Positions 33,063 through 40,942 of a stretch of DNA of 64,000 nt are shown here, piece by piece (the first letter of the stretch is position 1; the number at the start of each line of letters is the position of its first letter). The DNA lies in the NCBI GenBank assembly GCA_963716255.1, contig OY970303.1, forward strand, positions 512,001 to 576,000. The letters run 5' to 3'. The notes beneath the pieces were generated by a model that saw only the letters and a program-made list of their open reading frames with translations, was not told the origin of the DNA and did not search any database. This DNA is from an uncultured Gemmatimonadales bacterium. GTDB taxonomy: Bacteria; Gemmatimonadota; Gemmatimonadetes; Longimicrobiales; Longimicrobiaceae. A program made the translations under genes and the position numbers.

Positions 33063-34688
33063 TCAGGAGAGCTGCGGGACGGCCGGGAGGCCGCCCAGCC
33101 CGGCCTGCTCCAGCGCGCCGCGCACGATCGCCGCCCGCGAGCCGTCGCCGTTGCCGTTCATCGGCGCGAACGCCGGGATGCTGGGCTGCGACTTGATGTC
33201 GACCGGGTCGGTGTACTTCTCCAGGCTCGCGTCCGGCGTGCCGGTAACCGCCAGCCAGCGCTCCACGTTGGCCACCAGGAAGGGGTCGGTGAAGTCGATG
33301 GCGTTGACCGCCGAGTTCCCGGCCAGCTGCGGCGCGCGGTCGGCCAGCCAGCGCATGATGGCGAAGCCGGTCTGCGCCATAGTGCGGTAGCGCACGGTGT
33401 TGATCGAGCCGCCCAGGTACATCGACGAGAGGCGGTCGACGAGCTGCAGGTAGTCGCGGACGCCGTATGCCGAGAGGACTTCGGACTGCTGCAGCATGTC
33501 GAGCACCTGCTGCACCAGCGCCTGTGTCTCCACCGCGGCGAAGTGCGCCACCCCGTAGCCGTGCAGCGACAGGTTGACGGCCAGGTCGCGTCCCGACTTC
33601 AGCGCCTGCTCGAAGGAGGTGCCGCGCGGCATCTGGCTGTTCTGCTCGCGCGACAGCACGCTGACGATGGAGCAGAAGCGCAGCCACAGGTCGCTGAACT
33701 CGCGGTTCAGCACCACCCCGCCCGCCGGCCCCTGGGCCAGCCCCAGGGCGCGGCCGTAGACGCCGCGGCGCTCCACCTCGGTGTAGCGGTTGGGGGCCTC
33801 GCGGATCCAGTTGTAGACCTTGTCGCCGGCCGGCCCGCGCGAGAGCGGGATCATCCCGATGGAGAAGTGCTCGGCGACCTTCTCGGCCACGGCGAAGAGC
33901 TTCATCTCCTCCAGCATCGCCGTGCGGTAGAGCCCCGCCACCGCCAGCACGTTGTCAGCGATGATGTCGACCGCCGTCCCCGCGTCCAGGTCGATGTCGC
34001 GGATGTCGATGTCCGACGCCGTCCCGTCCACGCGGCTGCTGAGCGCCTGCGTGAGCGCGGTGACGATCAGCCGGCGGATCTGCGGGTGGTCGGCCGGGAC
34101 GCGGTCGTCGATCATCCGCCCGGTTACCTCGGCCAGGAGGCGCGTGTGCAGCGTGGTCTCGAAGGCGGCGCCGTCGTCGGCGCGGCTGCTCCCCTCCTCC
34201 AAGAGGACGCGGAAGACCTCCCTGAAGAGCTCCTTGCTGGAGTTGTAGCGCTTGACGGCGTCGGTCACCGCCTCCACGAAGCGCTCGACGATCAGGATCT
34301 TCTCACCGTCCTGCTCGAAGGCGATGTCGTTGGGCCCGGCGGCCCCGGTGGCCAGGCGGCCGAGCGACGCGTCGGTGAAGTTGCGCGACAGGAGGATCCC
34401 GAAGATCGACGAGAAGAGGATCTTCTCCTCCTGCAGCAGCGCCTCGAGGATCTTGGGATCGGCCTTGGGGATCTTCCCGAAGCCGCCGGGGAAGTTCTCG
34501 GCCGAGGTGGTGGTGCTCCCGTCCGGGTCGAACGAGAAGTTCGAGCGGAGGAGGTGGCGGACTGCGAGGTACAGGCGCTTCCGCTGGCGGTTGCGCTCCA
34601 GGCGCCGCGTGGTCTCCGCGGGGGACTCGGCGGGGGTGGGGCGCTCGAAGAGGTCGGGGTAGTACTCTTTGCAGTTCGGGGCGACCAT
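33063..34688 (-). CDS. helical protein of unknown function (541 aa, gene 6)
   Basis: Coding-like composition; C-terminal half paralogous to 27346-28266. Confidence 0.8.
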   Translation of the reverse strand: MVAPNCKEYYPDLFERPTPAESPAETTRRLERNRQRKRLYLAVRHLLRSNFSFDPDGSTTTSAENFPGGFGKIPKADPKILEALLQEEKILFSSIFGILLSRNFTDASLGRLATGAAGPNDIAFEQDGEKILIVERFVEAVTDAVKRYNSSKELFREVFRVLLEEGSSRADDGAAFETTLHTRLLAEVTGRMIDDRVPADHPQIRRLIVTALTQALSSRVDGTASDIDIRDIDLDAGTAVDIIADNVLAVAGLYRTAMLEEMKLFAVAEKVAEHFSIGMIPLSRGPAGDKVYNWIREAPNRYTEVERRGVYGRALGLAQGPAGGVVLNREFSDLWLRFCSIVSVLSREQNSQMPRGTSFEQALKSGRDLAVNLSLHGYGVAHFAAVETQALVQQVLDMLQQSEVLSAYGVRDYLQLVDRLSSMYLGGSINTVRYRTMAQTGFAIMRWLADRAPQLAGNSAVNAIDFTDPFLVANVERWLAVTGTPDASLEKYTDPVDIKSQPSIPAFAPMNGNGDGSRAAIVRGALEQAGLGGLPAVPQLS

Positions 34689-34764
34689 GGCGGGTCATCT
34701 CCAGTCCGAAGTGATGGGGTCGTTGCGGCCGTGAATTGCTACTGTCCCGGGGAACGGCTTCGGG

Positions 34765-36237
34765 CTACGGCGATCTCGCCACCTCGAGCGTCTCCCGCAC
34801 CGGCTCGGCCCATCCGGGCGGCTCCTCGAGCTCCTCGCTCGCGAGCTCCCGCTCCAGGGCCCTCAGCGCAGCCGTGGCATCCAGGATCCCTGCGCCGCAG
34901 CCGGCCGTGTCCGCGCCCCGTGGGAAGGGGCGCGCCGTGCGCTTCAGAAGGTCGCGGACCCCCTCGCCGTCGATCGGCCGGCTGTAGCGCGCCGACCTGG
35001 CCACCAGGAGGGCGGCGATGCCGGCCGCGAACGGCGCGGCGAAGGAGGTGCCGGTGTTGAACTGGTATCCGCCCACCGCGGTCGACGGGATGCTCTCGCC
35101 GGGGGCGCAGAGGTCTACGTGGTCGCCGCGGGTGGTGAACGAGGCGGGCGTCTCGTCGGCCCCCACGGCGCCCACGGCGATCACGCCGTCCAGGCATGCC
35201 GGGTAGTAGCGGGCGCCGGTGCCGCTGTTGCCCGAGGCGGCGACGAGCACGCACCCGTGCCGGCGGGCGTAGTCGACCACCTCCTTGTGGGGGCGCGGGT
35301 CCTTTTCGCGCAGCGCGCTCTCGGGCGTGCCGAAGGAGAGGTTGAGCACCTTGGCCCCCAGGTCCACCGCGGTCTTCACCGCCAGATCGATGTCGATCAG
35401 GCTTCCCAGCGCCGTCGCGTCGCGGCGCCCCACCATCCGGGCCCCGGCCAGGGCGCGGCAGGCCATCACCCGCAGGTCTCCGCCGCACCCCTTCGGGAGC
35501 TTCTTCCCCCGCGCCGCGATGATCCCGGCGCAGGCGGTGCCGTGGCCCACGATGTCGTCGGGGACGCGGTCGGGGCGGGAATGGTCGCCCACCAGGCGCA
35601 TGGAGCGCGGCACCTGTTCGCCCGGGAGGTCCACCGTGTCGAAGCCGGGGCGGAGCGCGCCCTCCAGGTCGGGGTGGTGCAGGTCGATCCCGCTGTCCAC
35701 GATGGCCAGGATCAGCGCGCTGTCGCCCGGCTCCATCGCCAGCGCCTCGGCGGCGTGGATCATCCGGTGCCCGTACCAGGGGTCCTCCGGCCGCGCCCGC
35801 CTGGCGCCCTGCGCCCCGAACGGCGTCACCGAGAGGTAGACGGGGCTCACCGACTGGATGGTGGCGAGCGAGCCCACCTCCTCGATCAACGACACCAGGT
35901 CCGCGTCGGGGTCCACGTCGATGCGGAAGGTGCGCGAGAGGCCGGTCTCCTCTTCCAGGTCGCTCCAGCGGTCCTTCCGCTCGCCGGGCGAGCCGATGCG
36001 GTTCGCGGGCGAGAAGGTGCGGACGACGCGGAGCGCGGGGGAAAAGCGCTTGACCGCGCGGTCGACCTGGCCGCCGTCGAAAGAGAGCGGCGCCACGGCG
36101 AGGCCCGACGCCACGTCGGCGCGGTGGGGCACCCGGTCGGGCGCTTCGCCGGAGGCGACGCGGATCACCAGGCGGCCGCGGAGCGCGAGCCGGGTGCGCT
36201 CGGGCTCCCAGGGGCGGTCCGGCGCGGATTCAGTCAT
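34765..36237 (-). CDS. S8 subtilisin-like serine protease, no signal peptide (gene 5)
   Basis: Triad motifs VDSGID, HGTACAG, GTSFAAP; oxyanion ASGN; ~140 aa N-terminal prodomain. Confidence 0.93.
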   Translation of the reverse strand: MTESAPDRPWEPERTRLALRGRLVIRVASGEAPDRVPHRADVASGLAVAPLSFDGGQVDRAVKRFSPALRVVRTFSPANRIGSPGERKDRWSDLEEETGLSRTFRIDVDPDADLVSLIEEVGSLATIQSVSPVYLSVTPFGAQGARRARPEDPWYGHRMIHAAEALAMEPGDSALILAIVDSGIDLHHPDLEGALRPGFDTVDLPGEQVPRSMRLVGDHSRPDRVPDDIVGHGTACAGIIAARGKKLPKGCGGDLRVMACRALAGARMVGRRDATALGSLIDIDLAVKTAVDLGAKVLNLSFGTPESALREKDPRPHKEVVDYARRHGCVLVAASGNSGTGARYYPACLDGVIAVGAVGADETPASFTTRGDHVDLCAPGESIPSTAVGGYQFNTGTSFAAPFAAGIAALLVARSARYSRPIDGEGVRDLLKRTARPFPRGADTAGCGAGILDATAALRALERELASEELEEPPGWAEPVRETLEVARSP

Positions 36238-37102
36238 GGTCGGCTCCGTTCCCCGTGGGCGCCGCCAGCGGCACCGCCACCAGCTCCGTCGCCATCCGCG
36301 GGTCCCCCGCCTCGCGGACGGCCCGGCCCGGATCGCGGAGCTCCGCGGGGGCCACCAGGTCGGCGGGGAGGTCGTAGAAGCCCATCGCCCGCGTCCCGCC
36401 CACGCTCACCTCCACCTGCCCCTCGCGGTGGTGCGACATCGGGCGGACCAGGAGGGAGTTGGAAGTTGCCTCCAGCACCTCCACCGGCTCGCCGGAAAGG
36501 AGGACCTGGGGGATGCCTTCGGACGAGAGGTTGGCGCCGCGGACGCGCAGAAGGCTCCGCCCGCCGCGCCTGACCACCTCGGTGCTGCTGACCGCCGGCC
36601 GCGAGGCCTGCTGGAGGGCGGCCTGCAGGCGGAGCATCGGGATCCCGGCGTAGGTCTCCACCGAGCGCGGGTCGGTCTCCTGCGAAAGGCGCTTGAGCTG
36701 TCCCACGGTGCGCACGCCGATCATCTCCAGCCGCCTCCGGTCCTGGTCGCTGAAGGCATCCTCGCCGGGGAGGTCCTGCAGCCCGCGCGGGTCCTCGTCC
36801 ATCCCCACCGAGAAGGTGTTCTCCTCCACCATCTCCCTGGTAATGGTGGTGAAGTTCAGGTGCACGGTGCTGGCGCCGTCCTCGTTGGGCCCGGCGTGGC
36901 GCACCAGCACGCGCCCCGTGGGGTCCGACTCCCAGAAGACGCGCAGATCGATGCTGAGGTCCTTGATGGCGAAGGTCAGCGGCCTCCCGGTGCGCGCCTT
37001 GAGCGCCAGGCCGTCCTGTGCGCGGTCGAGCTGCGCCGAGAGCGCCTGCACGAACTCCTCTACCGGGAACGCCCGACCCTGGCGCTGCGCCTGTCCGTTC
37101 AC
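36230..37102 (-). CDS. 290 aa protein: Trypco-like N-terminus, HhH-like middle, IPT/TIG C-terminus (gene 4)
   Basis: VEEFVQALSAQLDRAQ..FAIKDLSIDLRV; LEMIGVRTVGQL; LRVRGANL..VLLSG. Confidence 0.6.
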   Translation of the reverse strand: MNGQAQRQGRAFPVEEFVQALSAQLDRAQDGLALKARTGRPLTFAIKDLSIDLRVFWESDPTGRVLVRHAGPNEDGASTVHLNFTTITREMVEENTFSVGMDEDPRGLQDLPGEDAFSDQDRRRLEMIGVRTVGQLKRLSQETDPRSVETYAGIPMLRLQAALQQASRPAVSSTEVVRRGGRSLLRVRGANLSSEGIPQVLLSGEPVEVLEATSNSLLVRPMSHHREGQVEVSVGGTRAMGFYDLPADLVAPAELRDPGRAVREAGDPRMATELVAVPLAAPTGNGADHD

Positions 37103-37332
37103 GATCCCTCCTCGGCCAGGCGCATGCGGAGGCGCCCGTGCGGAAGGCCGAAGCCGGTGGCCAGCATCCCGCGCGGAAGCGACATCTCCACCTCGCCGGC
37201 GCGAACGATGCGTGCCTCGATCGGGAGGTCGAGGGTGACCTCGGCGACGGAGAGGCCGAGCCCCGGCGCCTCGGGGGGAGCCACCGCGAAGGCGTCGGCC
37301 AGCTGGTCGATGAGCTGCTCGATGCGCGTCAT
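37099..37332 (-). CDS. 77 aa helix plus beta-hairpin protein (gene 3)
   Basis: MTRIEQLIDQLADA..LSVAEVTLDLPIE; 4-nt overlaps with both neighbours. Confidence 0.75.
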   Translation of the reverse strand: MTRIEQLIDQLADAFAVAPPEAPGLGLSVAEVTLDLPIEARIVRAGEVEMSLPRGMLATGFGLPHGRLRMRLAEEGS

Positions 37333-38462
37333 GACGGGCCTCCGGCCGGGGCCGGCGCGATCGCCGGCTTCTGCTCGGCGGGCTGCTCGGCGCCAGGACG
37401 CAGGCGGGAGTGGCGGTTGATCAGCTCGATGGCCTGCGAGTCGGCGAAGCGCTCCAGGTTGAAGGTCTCGCTCCGGAAGCGGATGGCGACCTCGCCGACG
37501 AGGTTCGCCTTGATTGCGACGTCGGCCTGTGCGTTGACGCTCACGGTGGAGACCTTGGTGGAAACCCCGCCGCTGGAGCCCGTGTCGCGGCTGGCGATCC
37601 CGCTCTGCACCGCGGCGGCGTTGTCGGTCAGGTCCACCTTCACCGCCTCGCGGGCGGTGGCGTGGAACTGCAGCCGGGCCTTGATCTGTCCGTCCTGGAT
37701 GACGATGCGGTTGACCCCCAGGAGCACCATGGTCGCCAGCGTCTGCATCCGCTCTTCGGCCATCCCCATCCGCCCGGCCTCGAGCAGCGCCCCCTCCGCC
37801 AGCTCCTCCGTCAGCTCCTGGCCGGCAAGCTTGTACTGCTCCAGCCACGCGGGCGAATCGGCGTCGTCCTTCCTGCGGGGCTTGAGCTTCGGCGAGCCGG
37901 TCGAGCCGGCGCTCGGGACGACGACGACCAGGTCCTGCGGATGGCGCTCGGCCAGGGCGAAGCGCACCTGGTTGGGCGAGACGTTTTCGCGTGCGAACTG
38001 GTCGACGGTCTGCGCGATGCTGGCCACCAGCTTGGCGTACTCGCGGATCTGCTGCGCCGTGGCGTCGACGATGGCCTGGAAGGTCCCGTTGATCAGCTCG
38101 GCGACGAACGACGGGAAGTCGACCGCCTCGAGCGCGGCGCGCGCCCGCTGGCCGATCACCTCGGTGCCGGCCGGCTTGGCGGCGGTCGCGCCCGGCGGCG
38201 GCTGCACTGGCTGCGGCTGCTGCTGCGAGGGAGGAAAGCCGGCACCGCCCTGCATCCGCTGCAGGTCGGCCGGGGTCTCGAACGCGACGGCGTACGGGTC
38301 GTACGCCGCGGCGGACGCGACCGCGGGCGGCGAGAGGGCGCCCTCGATGCGGCGGAGGTCGTCCTCCAGCGCCTGACGCTCGGCGTACGACAGGTTCTCG
38401 TAGCCGGACAACTGGCGGATGCTGCGCGTAGCCGCGAGGGCCGCGGCGGCCGGGTTGCTCAT
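37329..38462 (-). CDS. beta-hairpin paralog A (377 aa, gene 2)
   Basis: DFPSFVAELINGTFQA, MVLLGVNRIVIQDG, GEVAIRFRSET. Confidence 0.88.
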   Translation of the reverse strand: MSNPAAAALAATRSIRQLSGYENLSYAERQALEDDLRRIEGALSPPAVASAAAYDPYAVAFETPADLQRMQGGAGFPPSQQQPQPVQPPPGATAAKPAGTEVIGQRARAALEAVDFPSFVAELINGTFQAIVDATAQQIREYAKLVASIAQTVDQFARENVSPNQVRFALAERHPQDLVVVVPSAGSTGSPKLKPRRKDDADSPAWLEQYKLAGQELTEELAEGALLEAGRMGMAEERMQTLATMVLLGVNRIVIQDGQIKARLQFHATAREAVKVDLTDNAAAVQSGIASRDTGSSGGVSTKVSTVSVNAQADVAIKANLVGEVAIRFRSETFNLERFADSQAIELINRHSRLRPGAEQPAEQKPAIAPAPAGGPS

Positions 38463-38465
38463 CGC

Positions 38466-40505
38466 CTAGCCCAGCACGTAGGTCGTGGCGTCGTCGAAGT
38501 CTGTCCGGTTGCTGTGCAGTGCCGCCAGCCGGCCCGCGAAGCGCGACCCCCGCGCCTCGTCCACCAGCCGCTGCAGCAGCTGGTCGCGGCCGGGGACAGC
38601 CACCGGCGACCGCGAGCCGATGGCCCGCAGCGCGCCGACAAGCGCGGCGTGGGTGCGCGGGCCCCAGCGGCCGTCGGCTCCCAGGTAAGGGGCCTGGCTC
38701 TGCTGGAACGAGCGGATGTCGGCGTGGCCCAGCGCGGCGAGCGCGGCGCGTCGGTCCTCCTCGGTGCGGACGGGCCCGCAGGCGCGCATCACCCAGCTCA
38801 CCCCGCCGCCGCTCCCCATGTGGATGCAGCGATCCCACAGCATCGCCAGCGAGCGCGCGTTGTCGAAGCCCAACCAGAGGGCCACGCGGAGGTTGGGGTC
38901 CACGTAGTCGGTGACCGCCACCTCGTTCTGCGCGAAAGTCGCGTGCGGCACCTGGCCTGCGGCGCGGAAGCGATCCATCCACTCGCGGTCCCACAGCGGC
39001 TTCCCGCCGACGGGCGCCACGCGCGCCTCGGGGTCTTCCGCGGTGGTGACGTGAAGCAGCTCCTGCGCGTGCGGGCCGAAGAGGCGGTCGAACCGGTGCT
39101 CGGGCGCGAGCGCAGCGCCCAGTGACTGCTCACGGCGCTGGATGGCCTGGAGGACGCGGCCGAGCGCCCCGCTGCGCTGCGTGAACTGGATGAAGCCCCA
39201 GGAAAGGCCGATGTGGTACTTGTGGTAGGCCGGATGCCGGGGGTCGTTGTACTCGTTGTCGGGGTTCACCGCGGAGTAGCCGCCGTGCCCGCTCTCCGCC
39301 ACCGCGATCACGCGGAGGATGCGCACCTTCTCGGGAATGTCGAGTGCGACGACCGCCAGCGCCTGCGCGGCGCGGCCCACCGGGAGCGGGTCCTCCTCCG
39401 GCTCCTCCTCGCTGTAACCCGGGTCGCGCCCACCCAGCGCCTCGGCTTCCGCGGGCGCGCCGGGATACGCCCCGGCTTCCGCCGGCGCGTCGGCCACCTC
39501 CACGCCGCCGCCGTCCGACACCCTGTCGACGGGACCGTAGCCGCCGCCGTACGCGAGCTCTTCGCCGGGGCCGGTGTCGAGCGGCGGCTCCAGGTCGATC
39601 TCGCCGACCGCGCCGTAGAGCGAGGCGGCGTCCTCGTATCCGCCGTAGGCGCCCTCGCCCTCGTCCTCGTCGCCGTCGTCCGCATCGTCGTGGACGGAGC
39701 CGTAGCCGTCACCCACCCACTCCGGCGATTCGCCCGTGCCGTCGCCGTACTCGCCGAAGTCGGGAGCGGAGGCCGAGGCCTCCGAGTAGCTGCCGGCCCC
39801 CGACGAGTCGTAGGCGTTCGGGTCGCCGTTCTCGTATCCCATCCCTCCGGCGGGGGCGTAGTCGTCCTCCGCGTCGCGGCAGTCGGCGCCCAGCTCGTGG
39901 GCGTGGTCGCCAAGCCCCGCCTGCGCGGCCACTGGGTCGCCCCCTTCGTCCTGCCACAGCTCCTTCGGGTACCCGTCGTCGTACTCGCCGCTCTGCGGGG
40001 CGCTTGCCGCGCGGGAGGCGGCCAGCGCCTCGTCGCCGCCCCAGGTGAGCGAGCCGGCGCTCGCGGCGCCGTAGCTGTCGGGAGTCGAGGCGAGCCCGCC
40101 CAGGCGCGAGCGGTCCAGCCCGCGCCCGCTGAAGTCGCTGGAGACGAGGATGCTGGGAGCACGGTCCAGCGTCTGGGGCGAGATGGTGAACTCGGGGGCA
40201 CCGCCGTACCGGCTCTCGTAGGTGGCGAGCGCGTAGTAGATGCGCGGCGCGCCCACGAAGCGGCGCAGCTGTTCGGGCGGTATGAACCAGGCGGTCTGGC
40301 CGTCCGGCGCACGCATCAGCCCGTTGGAGCGGCTGGAGTAGAAGTTTTTCGGCGAGCGGTAGCGCTGCCAATCGGTGTGGAAGAGGCGAGGGTCCGTGGC
40401 GCACGCCACCTCGAAGAAGCGCGTGGGCGGCACGTTGACCGCGAACGAGGCCACGGGAAAGCGGTCCGAGATCTCGGCGCGACAGGGGACGATCTGCGTT
40501 TCCAT
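38466..40505 (-). CDS. 679 aa protein: N-terminal domain, acidic Tyr-rich linker, lysozyme-like domain, peptidoglycan-binding domain (gene 1)
   Basis: IAVAESG..GLSWGFIQFTQ lysozyme-superfamily motif; IRSFQ..LGADGRWGPRT PG-binding motif. Confidence 0.75.
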   Translation of the reverse strand: METQIVPCRAEISDRFPVASFAVNVPPTRFFEVACATDPRLFHTDWQRYRSPKNFYSSRSNGLMRAPDGQTAWFIPPEQLRRFVGAPRIYYALATYESRYGGAPEFTISPQTLDRAPSILVSSDFSGRGLDRSRLGGLASTPDSYGAASAGSLTWGGDEALAASRAASAPQSGEYDDGYPKELWQDEGGDPVAAQAGLGDHAHELGADCRDAEDDYAPAGGMGYENGDPNAYDSSGAGSYSEASASAPDFGEYGDGTGESPEWVGDGYGSVHDDADDGDEDEGEGAYGGYEDAASLYGAVGEIDLEPPLDTGPGEELAYGGGYGPVDRVSDGGGVEVADAPAEAGAYPGAPAEAEALGGRDPGYSEEEPEEDPLPVGRAAQALAVVALDIPEKVRILRVIAVAESGHGGYSAVNPDNEYNDPRHPAYHKYHIGLSWGFIQFTQRSGALGRVLQAIQRREQSLGAALAPEHRFDRLFGPHAQELLHVTTAEDPEARVAPVGGKPLWDREWMDRFRAAGQVPHATFAQNEVAVTDYVDPNLRVALWLGFDNARSLAMLWDRCIHMGSGGGVSWVMRACGPVRTEEDRRAALAALGHADIRSFQQSQAPYLGADGRWGPRTHAALVGALRAIGSRSPVAVPGRDQLLQRLVDEARGSRFAGRLAALHSNRTDFDDATTYVLG

Positions 40506-40565
40506 GGGAGCGCCCTGGCGGTGGACGGGGGAGTCCGGGGAAAGGGGTCCAGCGCGCCACTCAAA

Positions 40566-40581
40566 GGCAGGCAGCGTACCA
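40566..40581 (-). promoter_or_regulatory. sigma-54 (-24/-12) promoter of the 14-gene operon
   Basis: Minus strand TGGTACGCTGCCTGCC is GG-N10-GC, ~60 nt upstream of ATG 40505; bEBP gene adjacent. Confidence 0.75.
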
Positions 40582-40843
40582 CGGGTGGAGAGCAGTGGGA
40601 ACGGCCTGTCGTTTCGCGAAAAATGGGCATGCTACTCAGGTGTAAAAGATTGCATTGCAGTTTGATACAAGTATCTGTGCGGAGCATGAAATCGGAAAAC
40701 TCGCACGGAGTGGAGTCCGGCTCCCGGGCAGCGTTCCGTGCACGGACGGGCAGGAGGATGCCCCTTTCGTCGTGGCCGATCGTGCAGCCGCTCCCACGGA
40801 AAGCGTCCCCTGGAGGGGGCCAGGGTGCGCGGGGCCCGGACCG

Positions 40844-40898
40844 GGAAAGAACGGAGCCGGCGGAGGAAGTTGCTTCCTCCGCCGGCTCCGTTCTTTCC
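40844..40898. terminator. perfect 26-bp inverted repeat with 3-nt loop
   Basis: GGAAAGAACGGAGCCGGCGGAGGAAG-ttg-CTTCCTCCGCCGGCTCCGTTCTTTCC, ~45 nt after the bEBP stop. Confidence 0.6.
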
Positions 40899-40942
40899 GG
40901 CCTGGTCTGCGTCCCGCGCGGCCCGGCGCGTGGCTGGTGCGT

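Noticed and set aside
18774..40505. Operon as prophage, eCIS, tailocin, T6SS or encapsulin
   Set aside because: No recognisable sheath, tube, baseplate, VgrG/PAAR, terminase, portal, capsid or AAA ATPase motifs; remote homology cannot be excluded without profile searches
40655..40667. IHF site upstream of the sigma-54 promoter
   Set aside because: Minus strand TATCAA-ACTG-CAA matches only the first half of WATCAANNNNTTR
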